From Octopus sinensis (taxonomy: Eukaryota): DNA of 64,000 nt. The notes below the pieces were generated by a model, which was given only the letters and a program-made list of their open reading frames with translations, did not search any database and was not told the DNA's origin. This document shows, one piece after another, positions 50,938-64,000 of the stretch. The translations under genes were made by a program, and so were the position numbers. The DNA lies in the NCBI RefSeq assembly GCF_006345805.1, contig NC_042997.1, positions 57,288,001 through 57,352,000 of the forward strand, written 5' to 3'. Position 1 is the stretch's first letter. Each line of letters opens with the position of its first letter.

Positions 50938-53629
50938 GACAACGATGATGACAGCAATAACGACAGCGACAACAAATATGTATGTGTGTGTGTACAGACA
51001 GGTGAAAGAGGACTCAATACATATAATAGATTTCATATATTCATTTGAAGCTGATGATTCACTCCAAACTTCTTGCTTTTGTACATTCAAACCATATCCA
51101 TTCTATCATTTTTTTCACCCTTTTTTCAAAACTTATGCAGTTTGGATTACATTATTCAATGAAACACTGATACAAGATGATAGTGTGTAATTTTAAGGCA
51201 GATTTGACTGTTGTTTCAAAAAAGGTTTAGTTACCATGTATAGGCTTCTTAATTGACTCATATATCTTCATTTTGCTTATCCAAGAGAAGTCAGTCTAAC
51301 AGAACCCATCCTTCTCTAAGCTAGCACATGAGACATGGAGCTCAGCATGATATGCTAAAGCAACATTATCTCACAGAAACCTCATGACTCACAAGAATGA
51401 ATTGCACCTTCTTGTAGTATCTAATTCTATTACTAAATTGCATTAAGTTAAGAGACACTTTTCCATAGATCATTATGCCAGTGAACCACCACCAACTGTT
51501 CACCTTGAAGGCTAGAACACTAACAATTAGGTCAACAGCAGATCCTTCTGTTTTATATAATGTTCCACCAAATAACCTTACTTAGTTATCAGTCATAGAA
51601 ATATACTTTGGTAATGAATTAATTTAATAAGTAGTTAGTTGAGAATTCTTTTTTAACGTCTTATCTTCAAATTTTTACATGTTTTTTCTTTATGTTCCCA
51701 ATGGGAATATTAAAATATAGAAAGAAAGAAATAATGCAGGTCTTTAATTGCTTGAGTGAATACAGCTATTTTTTTACAATTCCTTTGTATGGGAACTGCT
51801 GTTTAGCAAGATAATAGCGTGAATATTTTAAAGTACTGTTCAATCATACAACTTCAGTAATATATTTGTTGCTATTCACTTAATAAATCTGTTGTGTCTG
51901 GGGAGAGTCATTTTCTTTTTGTGCCTTATAATGTAACACACTCACGAAAATTTTAGGAAAATAAGAATAAGAAATAAGTGGAAATTTTACCGGTGAGTGT
52001 GTTACATTATAAGGCACAACAGAATATGCTTCAACACACGAACTCACATAAAGAATCTTGCAAACCAAATCCAAAAACGAAACTTAATAAATCATTTTTC
52101 CAAAAGCTATGAAATTACATACAACATAAATGATGTTGGTGTATTTAGTCAGGAAAATGGTCTTCACTTAACAAAGTAAAAACCAAGTTCAATTACAAAT
52201 GTCAGCGAAACATTATTTTTGATAATCTTTTTCATAAACTGTTTATGTTAACTTACATGAAACTCAGTGTGCTGAGAGTGACTGAGTATTAAAGGCTAAT
52301 ATGTGAAGGTGATGAAGCTGCACTGGTATGGCCATGTTGTTGTTGTTGTTTATTGCTAAGTCAGTCCTAATTGGGCAGGTCTACAACCAAAGCTATTCCA
52401 GTCATGACATCCCATTGCATTAACCCAAACTTCCCTCAAACCACATCCAATATATAAAGTGTGGTTGATGGAGATTTGTTCGCTATTTCTAATGGGTAGA
52501 GCAACAACATAGATCTCAATGTACACCTAATGGGGGGGAAAGATGTTATATATTAACAGTGGAAGAAGCTATAACAGAGAAAGACTAAATAAAATATGAA
52601 TGAAGCAGTAATATCAAGTTTCATCACAGCCAAAAATACATGGAATTCTAAAAGAATGCTCAAGAAGCTATTCTGTAGAATCATCTGACACATATTAATA
52701 TGAAAGAATAGTTTTTAAACAAAACTGATGATGAATTGTGTATTATTGTTAAAAAAATATTCATTATCTAAAGCAAAGCTAACAACTTTTTGATTTCTTT
52801 TCTCCACTGAGTTTGAAATGATACACTTTTCACTCCACAATTCAATGAAATTTTGCAGTATTCTACAAATTCTCCTTTCTAAAAATATAAGTTTGAATCA
52901 ATTTTTCAACATTAGCAGATGTATTGATACTGTTAAAAAGTATTTGCATCAAGCATAGTCTTCAGTTGAATAAAATTTGATTATCAAGCTATTAACCATC
53001 ATGTTTTTTTTTCATTTCTCTTTAAGTAGCATTTCAATTCTTTATCTTTCAAAGGCATTCAAGGTGCCATATTTCTTCAAATTCATGCAACTATAACTAT
53101 GATGAAGATGATAAGAGCTTTAAAACTTGCATTAGAAATAGGTCTCCTCAGATCATTTAAGACACCAGGGAGATCAATAATTGTAGAAATAGGTACATTA
53201 GCATAATCTGGGAATGTAATAATTCAAACACAATGTTTACCCTGTACTGTAATCTGTGTACACATAAAAATCACAAGATATAGACTCTATATCTTGTGAT
53301 TTTTTAGTGATAAGAATTTTTGTCTATATTATAGACAAAAAGTCTTATTACTAAACCTCAGAGATCTAAACATACAACTTTCAGTGTTTATTTAGTCCCA
53401 AGTTGACCCTGAATAAACACACCTATCATTAAAGATGTTCCAACTGTGACCATTCTGTTGTTCTTTTTTCAGACTACATATCCAATGTAAGCATCTGTGA
53501 GTGTGTGCATTAGTGTGTGTGTGTATGTGCGCGCATGTGTGTGCATGCATGCATGTGTGCGTGCATGCATGTGTGCGTGCATGCATGTGTGCGTGCATGC
53601 ATGCATATGCATGCACACAAGTGTCTAGA

Positions 53630-53800
53630 AGTATATGGTTTAGTGGTTAGGGCATTTAGCTCAGAATCATAATGTTATTGGATTAAATTTCTAGACCAGG
53701 CTGTGTATTTGAGCAAGGTACTTAATTCCATGTTATTCCAGTCCACTCAGTAGCAATGTGCGCTAGCCGAGTGTTCATTACCATAGATGTGTCACTCTTT
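53630..53800 (+). mobile_element. decayed CORE-type tRNA SINE
   Basis: tagtggttagggc...ttgagcaaggtactt...ccagtccactcag. Confidence 0.55.
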
Positions 53801-53919
53801 CACTTCAACTACCACATCCTGGATGTTCTATTGTGAGGGAGATGAGAGGATATCAAGCAAAAGCTTAGAAAGTATTACCAAGCTGTATTCTGCTCTCTCG
53901 TGAGTGAAAATTGGCTGTA

Positions 53920-53970
<51 letters not shown>

Positions 53971-53971
<1 letters not shown>

Positions 53972-55534
53972 AAGGAGGGAGTACCCAAAAGAAACCTGAA
54001 TGTTGCAATATCATTTTATTCACTAAGCTTTACATGTTTACACTTTTACCACCTTCAAAGTATTCTCCATTTGAAGCAATGCATCATCCAAGGTGTGTTC
54101 AAAGCAGTCCTAGAATTCTTGCAAAGTGATGCCTTTTAATGCCGCTGTCATTTTTGGTCAAAAACTGTCTCACACTCAAGGCATCAACTTTCAAATTTTG
54201 CCGCAACTCTTTTCCTTATCATGATAAAACTGCTGCTCTTCCTTTTGTTACAGGTTTTGGCAGTTTTCATCTCACCACATCTCGCAAACACTTCAGAACT
54301 GCCAAGTAAAATGTCTGGTTAACAGTTTGACCAGGAGGAACAAGCTGTGTGTTAACAATTCCTTTTGCATATCAGAATCAAAATCAAATTCGATGACTGG
54401 CATCCGTGCTAGTGGAGCTCTAAGAGCACCATCCGAGCGTGATCATTGCCAGAGTGGCTAACTGGCGTTCGTGCCAGTGACATGTAAAAAGCACCATTCG
54501 AGCATGATCGTTAGCAGCATCACCTTACTGGCACTTGTGCCGGTGTGTAGGTGACATGTAGAAAAAAACACAATTTTTCCGTAATTGTTGCCTGTACCGC
54601 CTGACTGGCCCTCATGCTGGTGGTACATAAAAGCACCAATTACACTCTCAGAGTGGTTGGCATTAGGAAGGGCATCCAGCTGTAGAAACTCTACCAAATC
54701 AAGATTGGAGCTTGGTGCAGCCATCTGGTTCGCCAGTGCTCAGTCAAATCGTCCAACCCATGCTAGCATGGAAAGCAGGCATTAAACGACGACAACGACA
54801 ATGATGATGATGAAACAAACCAGTATTGTCTTGACATTGCACTTCACTTGACATGCAATTTGGGGGCATGATGATATTGAGTGGTTCCATGGACTTGATT
54901 GTTGTTTCATTTCCAGGTCGTAGCAATAGCAGCAGCTTTCATCACCAGTGATGACTTTTAGAAAAAGGCCCAGATCAACTTTCAACTGCTCTTTCAGCTC
55001 ACAACACAAATTCAGTCAGGACTGTTTTTTGATCTTCCATGAGTAAGAAAGGCACAAATTTTGCTGTAACTCTTTTCATTCACAATTCCTTGCTCAAAAT
55101 TCAGGCAGGAGCTCCAGAGCACACCACTCATATCAAGAAGTTCATCAATTGTTTGGCGATTCTCCTCCAAGCAACAAGGGACCATTCCTACAGTGTGAAA
55201 ACTACTCGTAAACCTGTTTTGCTCATGGCAGTGTCCTTGTAAGCTGTTTGGTAGTGTCCTTGTAACTGTTTTGGTTGCCGTTTTCCCCAGCAAAAAGCAG
55301 AATTTCATGGAAGTACACTATTCCTTCATTTCTGCCATCACAAAAATCGACAAACAGGTGAGAAGCACTGCAAAATAAGATGCACCACATGACAATATGA
55401 CCCTACTAGATGATGCTGGTCAGCAGACTGATGCCTGAGGGTCGTATCAAGTGACTTCTAGCAGCAGAAGCCTGAACTATAATGGTCTTGTCTCATAGAG
55501 AGTGTTTCCAGTTACTTTTAGTTACCCCTTTGTA
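53971..55534 (-). mobile_element. deleted mariner element (second family) carrying an RTE-tail insertion
   Basis: KFCFLLGKTAT, KVITGDESCCYCYD..KQQS (ITGDE first catalytic Asp), CIASNGEYFEG. TIR-like ends gggagtacccaaaagaaacc / gttacttttagttacccc. Confidence 0.85.
54375..54815 (+). mobile_element. RTE 3' tail inserted in the mariner
   Basis: Minisatellite units, aggaagggcatccagc, gcatggaaagcaggcattaaacgac. Confidence 0.85.
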
Positions 55535-55904
55535 TGTGCATGTGCATGCGCGCACGTGTGTGTGTGTGTGTTGATGCAAATCTCTCTGTTGATTCATCAG
55601 AAGTGATAAATGACAGGACTCAATTACAAATGTAGAGTATTCTTCAATACATTATAACTCAAAGACTCCAGTTTCCAGTATTCAAGAGTTACTCATTCTC
55701 AATCATCAGATGGTAAACCAAGCTTGGTTTTTCTTTTAAAATATTCCTTGTTTGAATATTTTTTTTTAAATATGAAATGAAAGTTTGAAGAAAACATTCA
55801 TTGTTATGTTATTTTGCTAAAAAAAAAGACATTTATGAATAACACATACAAAAACAATTACTTCAAACTCAAGTTTTTGGTTTTTCATGCTAATATTATA
55901 AACG

Positions 55905-56275
55905 TCTTAAACTCCAAATGAGCAAAGTCAATAGTATACAGCACCAAGGTTAAATTATACAGTAGAGATGAACCTAAAACATAAACTGGGGCAACAGAAC
56001 TCTCATTCAAAAACTGTTGTCATAAGTACAAACATTCATTTGTATATCCCAATAGAAAATATGTGATGACTGTCAAAGTTTATATGATTCTTGCATGAGA
56101 CAAGCCCTCACAAATTCAAGATTACATGGTCTATTGTAAATAGTGTGCAACCATACAGGAATGGGAGCTTCAAATCAAAGATGCAGTGTAGCCTTTGTTT
56201 GAGTGCAAAATTGAAGATTTTGACTCAAAGCAGTTACAGCTTGAACAAAAGAATTGAGCTGTTATCACCTTGGCT
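55905..56275 (+). mobile_element. Penelope-like (Naiad-type) GIY-YIG endonuclease remnant
   Basis: SIVYSTKV..PKT*TGATELSFKN..KHSF..NRKY, then FKITWSIVNSVQPYRNGS..CSLCLSAKLKIL..LNKRIELLSP. Confidence 0.75.
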
Positions 56276-57379
56276 AAATATCTTTTATGTAAATACAAGT
56301 CTCTTTGAATTTTGATTTGGTTCAGAAAGAACGTTGGTTTTGAAATATTTAATTAATATGTTTTAATATGTATGGGTATGTGTATGAGTGCATATGTGTT
56401 TATATGCATATGTATATATGTCTGCAAGCATATATAATTTTGTGTGTATATGTATGTGTATGAGTGTGCATATGTGTATATGGATGTGTCTGCATGAGTG
56501 CATGCAAAGTGAAAATGTACATACATACTCATTGTTTTTAAAAACATTAATTAAAAGTAGTACTTAAAAGTATTACTTTAAAATATTACTTAAACAACAA
56601 TGCAATTTCGTGACTTCACTCAAATGGAATTTAAAACGTCTTTAACATTACTACATGAAGTAGAAATGAAATCAAAAATGTGAACTTGAAGGAGCCATTT
56701 TTGCACAGGTCATTCATGAAGGTTTTTAAACAAAAGAACATGAGGATAAGCATTTTCTTCAAACTTTCATTTCATATTTTTTAAAAATTCAAACAGTGAA
56801 TATTTCAAAAGAGCAGATGATTAGAAATGAGTAACTCTGAGTAATGAAAATTAGAGCTTTTAGTTTTAATGTATATATAGATGTAGATATACTAGAAGTG
56901 CTGAATATGGAAACAATATTTTAGTTAAATTTAAATGACCTAACTTATTTTATGATGTGCTTTTTGCATACAATTATATTTTCTTATGTTTTAATTATAA
57001 TGCAGATACATGTCTAAAATTGAATTTTTTCTCAGGAAAGCTTCATGGTATGTTGTACAGATATATGAGGCAACTATTTTGAGGTTCTGGAATGAGGTAA
57101 GGACATGAAAATTGTGCGGGACTTTCTGAGACTTAAATAATTATTAAAATTTATCCAGAGCTAACATCTCTTATAGAGCTACTATGAAAGAATATTAAAT
57201 GTGGAAAATGAATGAGTGAAAGGGAACCTCCCCCATATGAACCCAAAAATGGTAATAAAAACAGTTCTTGTTCTTCCACAGACTAACAAAGTAAATGAAA
57301 TACAAAATGTCATATCCTCGTGAAATTTCTTCACCAAGTATGTTCAGTATCTCACTACAAGAGATTTCACTGAGACTCT

Positions 57380-57592
57380 AGCTTCAAATTTTGGCACAAG
57401 ACCAGAAATTTCAGGTCAGAGACTAAGCTGATCACATCGATCCCAGTGTTAAACTGATACTTATTTTATCAACCCCAAAAGGATGAAAGGTAAAGTTGAC
57501 TCAGTGGAAATTGAACTCAAAACATAAAGATGGATGAAATGCCACTAAGTATTTTGCCAGGTGTGCTAATGATTCTGCCAGCTCACTACCTT
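57380..57592 (-). mobile_element. tRNA-derived SINE (related to 1061-1281, different tail)
   Basis: ttatcaaccccaaaaggatgaaaggtaaagttgac...ttgaactc...ttctgccagctcac. Confidence 0.7.
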
Positions 57593-58250
57593 ATTTGAGA
57601 CTTTAGACATTACCATGTAAATGTAATCCTTTTAGTTGATAATATTAAATTGACATTACAATTCCTGTCATAATAACATGTGGCTAGATTCTGGTGAAGA
57701 AAGCTAGGTTGTCTGAAATTCCATCAGATTCTTCTGTTGAAATTGCTGAATTAACATAACAGTTCATTATCACTTGAGATTAACCTCTAATCCTAGCTCC
57801 ATTTTAAATGGATGATATAACTTTCCCTACATACAAATGGATTTATATAGTTTTCTGATCAAAAGGACAATTCTCCTCAGTATTTAAAACAACAGAATAG
57901 CACAAAATGCCATGTTTAATGGCTGTGAAATATTGATTTCTTCCTTTCATAGTCATAAAGAGTTTTCTGTAAAAGAGAGGAGGTATCCAGTATATTCTTG
58001 GACCTTACTTCATTGACCTTTCATCTTAAGGAGAAAGTAGTGTTCTACCTAGACTAGATGAGCCTTTGTGTCATTAATATTTAATATGAATTGTTATAAA
58101 TTGCCAATTGAAAAGTGAACATGAGCATAGAATGAATACCAGAGGAAAGAAGCTCTAGGAGCAATGACTCAGCATAGATGTTGCTGTAGAAGCAGTAGAT
58201 ATTGTAAGAAAGAGACAGAGAATAGAAAAAGTGAGCAGGACTAGATGACA

Positions 58251-58254
<4 letters not shown>

Positions 58255-58328
<74 letters not shown>
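58255..58328. repeat. (CT)n microsatellite
   Basis: Seen directly. Confidence 0.95.
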
Positions 58329-58332
<4 letters not shown>

Positions 58333-58959
58333 CTCTGTCACTTGTACATTTTGGTTTCAAATACTTTTATCCACAATGCCACTGATGCTCACACTATCAT
58401 TGGTTTAGAAATAAAGATTCAAGTTCTAATCCAGCCAGATAGCTTGTACATATCAAGAAGTGAAGGAGTAAGACATCTGATGATAATGAGCGATAAAAAC
58501 CAAACAAAATACACAGCAATTATAAATATTTAAAAAATGTTTCATTTCCCAAGATAAAGTTAATAGTCTGTAAAATTATAAATGTATTAACACAAACTAA
58601 TCTCAGAATTTAAACATTTTAAATATTTTAAATAGTTACAACAGTGGACATATTACCAAGCTTTATTATTAGAATCAACAAAATTATATAATATTGAATT
58701 CTATATTAATTGTTCATTAGTAGTGGCATTTTTGTAATATATTTGTTATAAGTGTAATCAATTAACATGTCTTTAAAAGGAACAGTTAATCTTTACCAAC
58801 ATTTGTTACGTTTTAATTGATTTTTTTTTTAATTTGATTTTTTTTTTTATTATTGTCATTATTTGTTTAGTCTGAAGGAAGAAGCTCTACCTAACCCTTG
58901 CAAAGCTTCTGAAATGAGTAAAACAGATGTGGTTAATGAAATGTAAAGATATTCCAAAT

Positions 58960-59410
58960 ATTGTGTCATCCTATAAATAATGCGGTTTTTTTATACTTCT
59001 TTTATTTTTCAAAATTGAGATAAACAAAGTTCTTTCTTAATCTAAAATATTCTCTTCGTTTTCTACAATGCTCTTCCATCTATCTGGTAGATTTGCAAGG
59101 CCTCTCTTCCAAAATTCATTTGTCCATGACAAAAACTACTCCTCCAGTACTGTTTTGACCTCACCTACAGAATTCATATTTTTTCTGTCCAAATTATTTT
59201 GAAGACTGTGGAATAAATGATAACCATATGGGCAATGTCCGGTGAATATGGTGAGTAGGGCATCATTTCCCATTCAAACTGCTGCAGCCTTTGGAACATC
59301 ATCCTCTCTGTATGTGGCCAAGCATTATCCTGATGGAAGAACACCTTTTGTCTTGAAACCAACGATGGTCGTTTTTATTCAAGCACTGACTTAAACTACT
59401 CAAGCTGCTC
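58960..59410 (-). mobile_element. mariner 3' half (same family as 21342-22253)
   Basis: One TIR (ttgtgtcatcctataaataatgc); VFFHQDNAWPHT...YSPDIA. Confidence 0.85.
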
Positions 59411-59457
59411 ACAGTAGATTTCTTTTATTATCATTCGGTTTGAGTTCAAATTGGACT

Positions 59458-59519
59458 AAGGTGGTGGTGGTGGTGGTGGCGGTGGCGGTGGTGGCGGTGG
59501 CGGTGGTGGCGGTGGCGGT

Positions 59520-59550
<31 letters not shown>

Positions 59551-59551
59551 A

Positions 59552-59582
<31 letters not shown>
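59458..59582 (+). repeat. (GGT)/(GGC) compound G-rich repeat
   Basis: Seen directly. Confidence 0.95.
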
Positions 59583-59584
<2 letters not shown>

Positions 59585-59834
59585 TGTGAGGGAGCGGAGG
59601 GTAAGAGGAGAAGGAGGAAGTGAGAGCAAGGAAAAGGAGAGTAAGTATATATTTCTGGCACACTAACCTGATACTAGATAACCTCCTCCATTGCCTCCTC
59701 CGTTATAGTAAGACACCTGTTTCTGCCTCTCTATCTCTTTGTCACCCTCTAATCTTTCATCCTCTGACATGAGTTCCCCTCCTCAAATGCCCTTGCTCCT
59801 CTCATAATTCCTTGTGTTACTTGGTGAGTTACTT

Positions 59835-60100
59835 GGTGACCCTGCTAGTGCTGGTGCCACATAAAAAGCATCCAAATCAACACTATAAAGTGGTTGGCAT
59901 TTGGAAGGGCATCCAGCTGTAAAATTCATACCAAAACTAATCTCACCTGAGCTAGTGCCATGTAAAAAGCACTAATTCCACTCTGCAGAGTGGTTGGTGT
60001 TAGGAAGGGTATCCAACTGTAAAAAAACCCTGCCAAAACAGAGTAGCATAGGGTAGTTTTTCTACCTGACCAGCTCCTGGGAACCATGAAGAGGAGGATG
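59835..60100 (+). mobile_element. decayed RTE 3' tail
   Basis: ggtgccacataaaaagca, tggttggcatttggaagggcatccagctg. Confidence 0.7.
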
Positions 60101-60864
60101 CTGATGTTCCTCTTAAAGTTTCCAAGTGAGTTTTGAACTTCTTAATAAATAATGTGGTCTTCAGTTGATAAACCATTGTTAATATCTTTTAAATATATAG
60201 CAGCAAAGAAAGAAATTTAGCATAGATATATGACCTGCTAATCACATCAGCAGCAGTTTATATTGGATTTTCCATGCTGGCATGAGTTGGATGGTTTTTC
60301 CGAGTGTTTTATGGTCAGATGCTCTTCCTATTGCCAACCCATTTAGTTGCCTTATATGATATGCAGAGACCAGTGTATTATTCTGATACTGGGACATACA
60401 CACTGAATATTACCTGTAAATATTACAATAAATATAACTCAATAATAATTATATCATAATTAATTAAAACAAAGATAGTGTATACCAATAGAAATAGGGC
60501 AACAAAAGAGTTCAGCAGGGATTACAAATATATTACAAATAAACAGTGAGCAGCTACTACTAATCCTTGTCTAGCAATCAAATCTAATCAAGACTAATAT
60601 TCCAGTTATCTGAGACTCCCAGAAAAAATTGAATCATAGTATATCTAATGTTTTAAATTTGTGTTTTCACTCTCAATTATTCAATCGGCTACCTTTGTCC
60701 CATAGATATTTTCAGGAAGTTGATTACAGGTGCTCAATAAAAACAATGAGTACAGGGCAAATGTAATCATTTAAAGATCAGCAATCAAAATATTCATGAG
60801 GAATTCTGGAAAATTTGCAACATTTTCTGGCTCTGTGCCAAACTGCAACCAATAATATAATGTT

Positions 60865-61060
<196 letters not shown>

Positions 61061-61819
61061 TATTCTCTTTTTTATAGATATTTGCATCCCTCTAGGCAGA
61101 CAAAGAGAAATGAATGATTCCCAAGGATTTGCCTACTAATGCTTTGATGAATATATTTCTACTAGTACTGCTGCTGCTGTTACTATTACTTCTGCTACAG
61201 CTACATGAAGTTACAAGGTGCAGCTTAAATGCTTCTATTGTGGCACACTTATAATGTTTCTTTCCCTTCCTTTAATAAATAAAGTGAGATCATTTTTTTT
61301 TAAACTCACTAACTTAAAAAAATTAATATGAGAAAATCAATTTTAAGCTTCAACAGAAATCCATTGAAAATTACATTTTTTTTTATATATATATATAAAA
61401 ATTTCTATGGAAAAAAATTTCAAAGAATCTATTGTCATTTCCACTTGTTCAGATTATAAACAGAGAGAGAAAATGTGATAAGTATAAAAGTGTAAGGATG
61501 TGTTAAAGTGCAAAGCTGTATGTTATTATCTGTCTAGACTTCAGTGATTAAGGTTCTTTACAGAACAATATGACTAATTTGGGAATAGTGTTGATGCAAT
61601 GAATTATTGAAAACTGTTGCTTCAGAGAGCATGTTACTGGCAATTGAATATGTGATGTTTTCACCTATGCATAGAATTAATTTACTTTTGTATATGTACA
61701 CATTTACATATAAACAAAACATAGATACACACACACATAAATATGTATGTAAATAATATATATAATATATATTTACACATACATATATACATACCTATAT
61801 ACATGCAATATATATATAC

Positions 61820-62260
61820 ATCATCATCATCATTTAACATCTGCTTTCCATGCTGGTATGGGTTGGACTATTTGACTGAGGGATGACAAGACAGAAGGCC
61901 ACAACAGACTCCAGCCTGATTTGGCATGGTTTCTACAGCTGGACGCTTCCTAACGTCACCCACTCCGAGAGTGTAGTGGGTCCTTTTACATGCCACCGGC
62001 ATGAGGGCCAGTCAGGCAGTACTGGCATCGACCACGACCACGTTTGAATGGTGCTTTTTAACGTACCACCTGCACAGAAGCCAGTCCGGTGGCACTAGTA
62101 ACGACCACACTCAAATGGTGCTTTTTTTTACATGCCACCAGCATGGCAGCCAGTCAGCGGCCCTGGCAACAATCACACTCAAATGGTGCTTTTAACATTC
62201 CACTGGCACAGGTGCCAATAAGGTGGTACTGTCATCTGCCACAACAGCGATTTCTTCTTC
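61820..62260 (-). mobile_element. RTE 3' tail with minisatellite units, next to a (CCA)/(CTT)n tract to about 62350
   Basis: (cat)n ttaacatctgctttccatgc..., ggtgctttt..atgccacc units. Confidence 0.8.
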
Positions 62261-62597
62261 TTCTCCTTCTCCACCACCTCCTTCTCCACCACCACCTCCT
62301 CCTCCTTCTTCTTCTTCTTCTTCTTCTTCTTCTTCTTCTTCTTCTTCTTCTCCCCTACCAAGAATTCACAAGAGTAAACAAGAGAGACAGAGACAGGCAG
62401 AAACAAGGAAAATGCCACTTGTATTTGAACACTATACAAATATTCTTTTGAAAAACTTTTCTTTTAATTTTTCTAAATTTAATTGTTTGTTACAGTTGAA
62501 AAAGTCTCAATGACTGAAACCGGTACTGAAATGTTTTTTATAAAATTATTTTAACATTTTTTATTTAGACTTTTTTCCATATATATCAACTCGTGTG

Positions 62598-62652
<55 letters not shown>

Positions 62653-62714
62653 GTATATATATATATATATATGTGTATATATATATATATGTATACATAT
62701 ATATGCATATATAT

Positions 62715-63055
62715 AAAGGGGGTAAAGACCCCCTTCGGTCATGAATGACCATGGGATTGCACCTAGAAAGTTACCCTCCTAGACACAAGTCAGGGCAAGG
62801 TTGTTTATGGAAGACCAGCAGTCGCCCATGCATACCAGCCTCCCCTCTCCATGCCACCAGTGTTATCCAAGGGAAAGACAAAGGTCGATACAGCTTGGCA
62901 CCAGTGACGTCGCAACTCATTTCTACAACTGAGTGAACTGGAGCAATGTGAAATAAAGTGCTTTGCTCAAGAACACAACACGCAGCCCGGTCCGGGATTC
63001 GAGCTCACAACCTCACGATCGTAAGCTCGACGCTCTAACCACTGAGCCATGCGCC

Positions 63056-63058
<3 letters not shown>
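62715..63058 (-). mobile_element. young CORE-type tRNA SINE
   Basis: Head GGCGCATGGCTCAGTGGTTAGAGCG...CTCGAATCCCGG, then gtgttgtgttcttgagcaaagcactttat. Confidence 0.85.
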
Positions 63059-63113
<55 letters not shown>

Positions 63114-63241
63114 TATATATATACATACATATATATATACATATTTAGTGCATATAAGTAGTCTCTATCATTATATATAGTTTAGACTTTAATTTCCTTT
63201 ATATTTAACATTCACTATTAATATCCCTACTCTTTCTGTTA

Positions 63242-64000
63242 GACTGGAAGCTGAACAAGGCTATTTTGAATTGTGAAGACTTCCGTACCCGGATTAAGGT
63301 GTTAGTTCAGAGGGCATTGTGTGGCACTATCATTAACAATAGATGGTGGCACGCCCTCAAAAGAGCCATTCGTTCAGAGTCCGTTAGATTTAGCAATCAG
63401 CTAAGGATAGATAGGGCTAGTCTAGAGGGCGATTTAGTTAAGAATCTAGACGAGGCAATGGAAGCTGGCTCTGCATCCGGAGTGTTGGCGGCAAGGACGG
63501 TATTGTACCGTCACCTTAACTCCAAACACGAAGGGTGCAGAGTCAGAGCTAAGCTACGCGCTGGGAAACGAGAAGGTATTAACGTGGCCGGATGGGCCCG
63601 TCGTGTGGAGAGTCAGAGAGGCAACAGAGCCTCAATAAAATCTTTAACTGACGAACAGGGACAAAAGATCTATGGACAGGAGGAGATGCAAAAGTTTCTT
63701 CACCAGCATTTCGCCCGCGTGTTCGGGGGTGGTGGTTCGCTGGATCGGGGGAGAGCCTTAAAGGACTTCCTAGCCGGCGGACCGCGGCTCGCGGGGCGTG
63801 AGGTGGAGTGCTGTGAAGGAGCGATCACTCCCACGGAGATAAAGGAGATACTGGCCGGATGCGCCGGGGAGAAGTCGCCGGGGTTGGATGGTCTGCCCTA
63901 CGAGTTTTACCAAAGTATGCCGGACTTGTTCGGGGGAATACTGGTGGGCGTCTACACGAACTGGCAGCAGAATGGGAGAATTCCCAGTTCTGTAAGCCGG
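63242..64000 (+). CDS. Tx1/L1-clade LINE ORF2, partial (EN end, linker, RT start); 5'-truncated and running off the window
   Basis: 253 uninterrupted codons: WKLNKAIL..RWWHALK..CRVRAK..HFARVF..CEGAITPTEI..KSPGLDGLPYEFY; GC- and CpG-rich. Confidence 0.9.

Noticed and set aside
50888-51190. Poly-Met ORF
   Set aside because: (ATG)n microsatellite.

Overview
AT-rich, repeat-dense animal genomic DNA. It is most likely an octopus or other coleoid cephalopod; this is inferred from the SINE/RTE families and the abundant (TA)n/(CA)n/(ATC)n tracts. There is one 100-N scaffold gap (4808-4907). No intact host protein-coding gene could be identified, and most ORF-track entries are microsatellite translations. 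The window holds decayed to young retroelements (several RTE LINEs with a minisatellite-bearing 3' UTR, a CR1-like RT, a young Tx1/L1-like ORF2 running off the right end, Penelope-like fragments from up to three lineages), tRNA-derived SINEs, mariner deletion derivatives, non-autonomous Helitrons and a self-nested piggyBac-like MITE. The most notable signal is a set of hammerhead ribozyme motifs from three different families: (1) a canonical type I hammerhead in an ORF-less 568-bp tandem monomer, present as two direct copies and one inverted copy (retrozyme-like, 12470-13882); (2) minimal hammerheads in a Penelope pseudo-LTR that also carries a tRNA-like A/B-box head (18310-19420); (3) a minimal U4C-variant hammerhead (42419-42453). 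A relatively TE-poor island (about 35350-42000) has splice signals, a triplicated 55-59 nt motif and a possible promoter.
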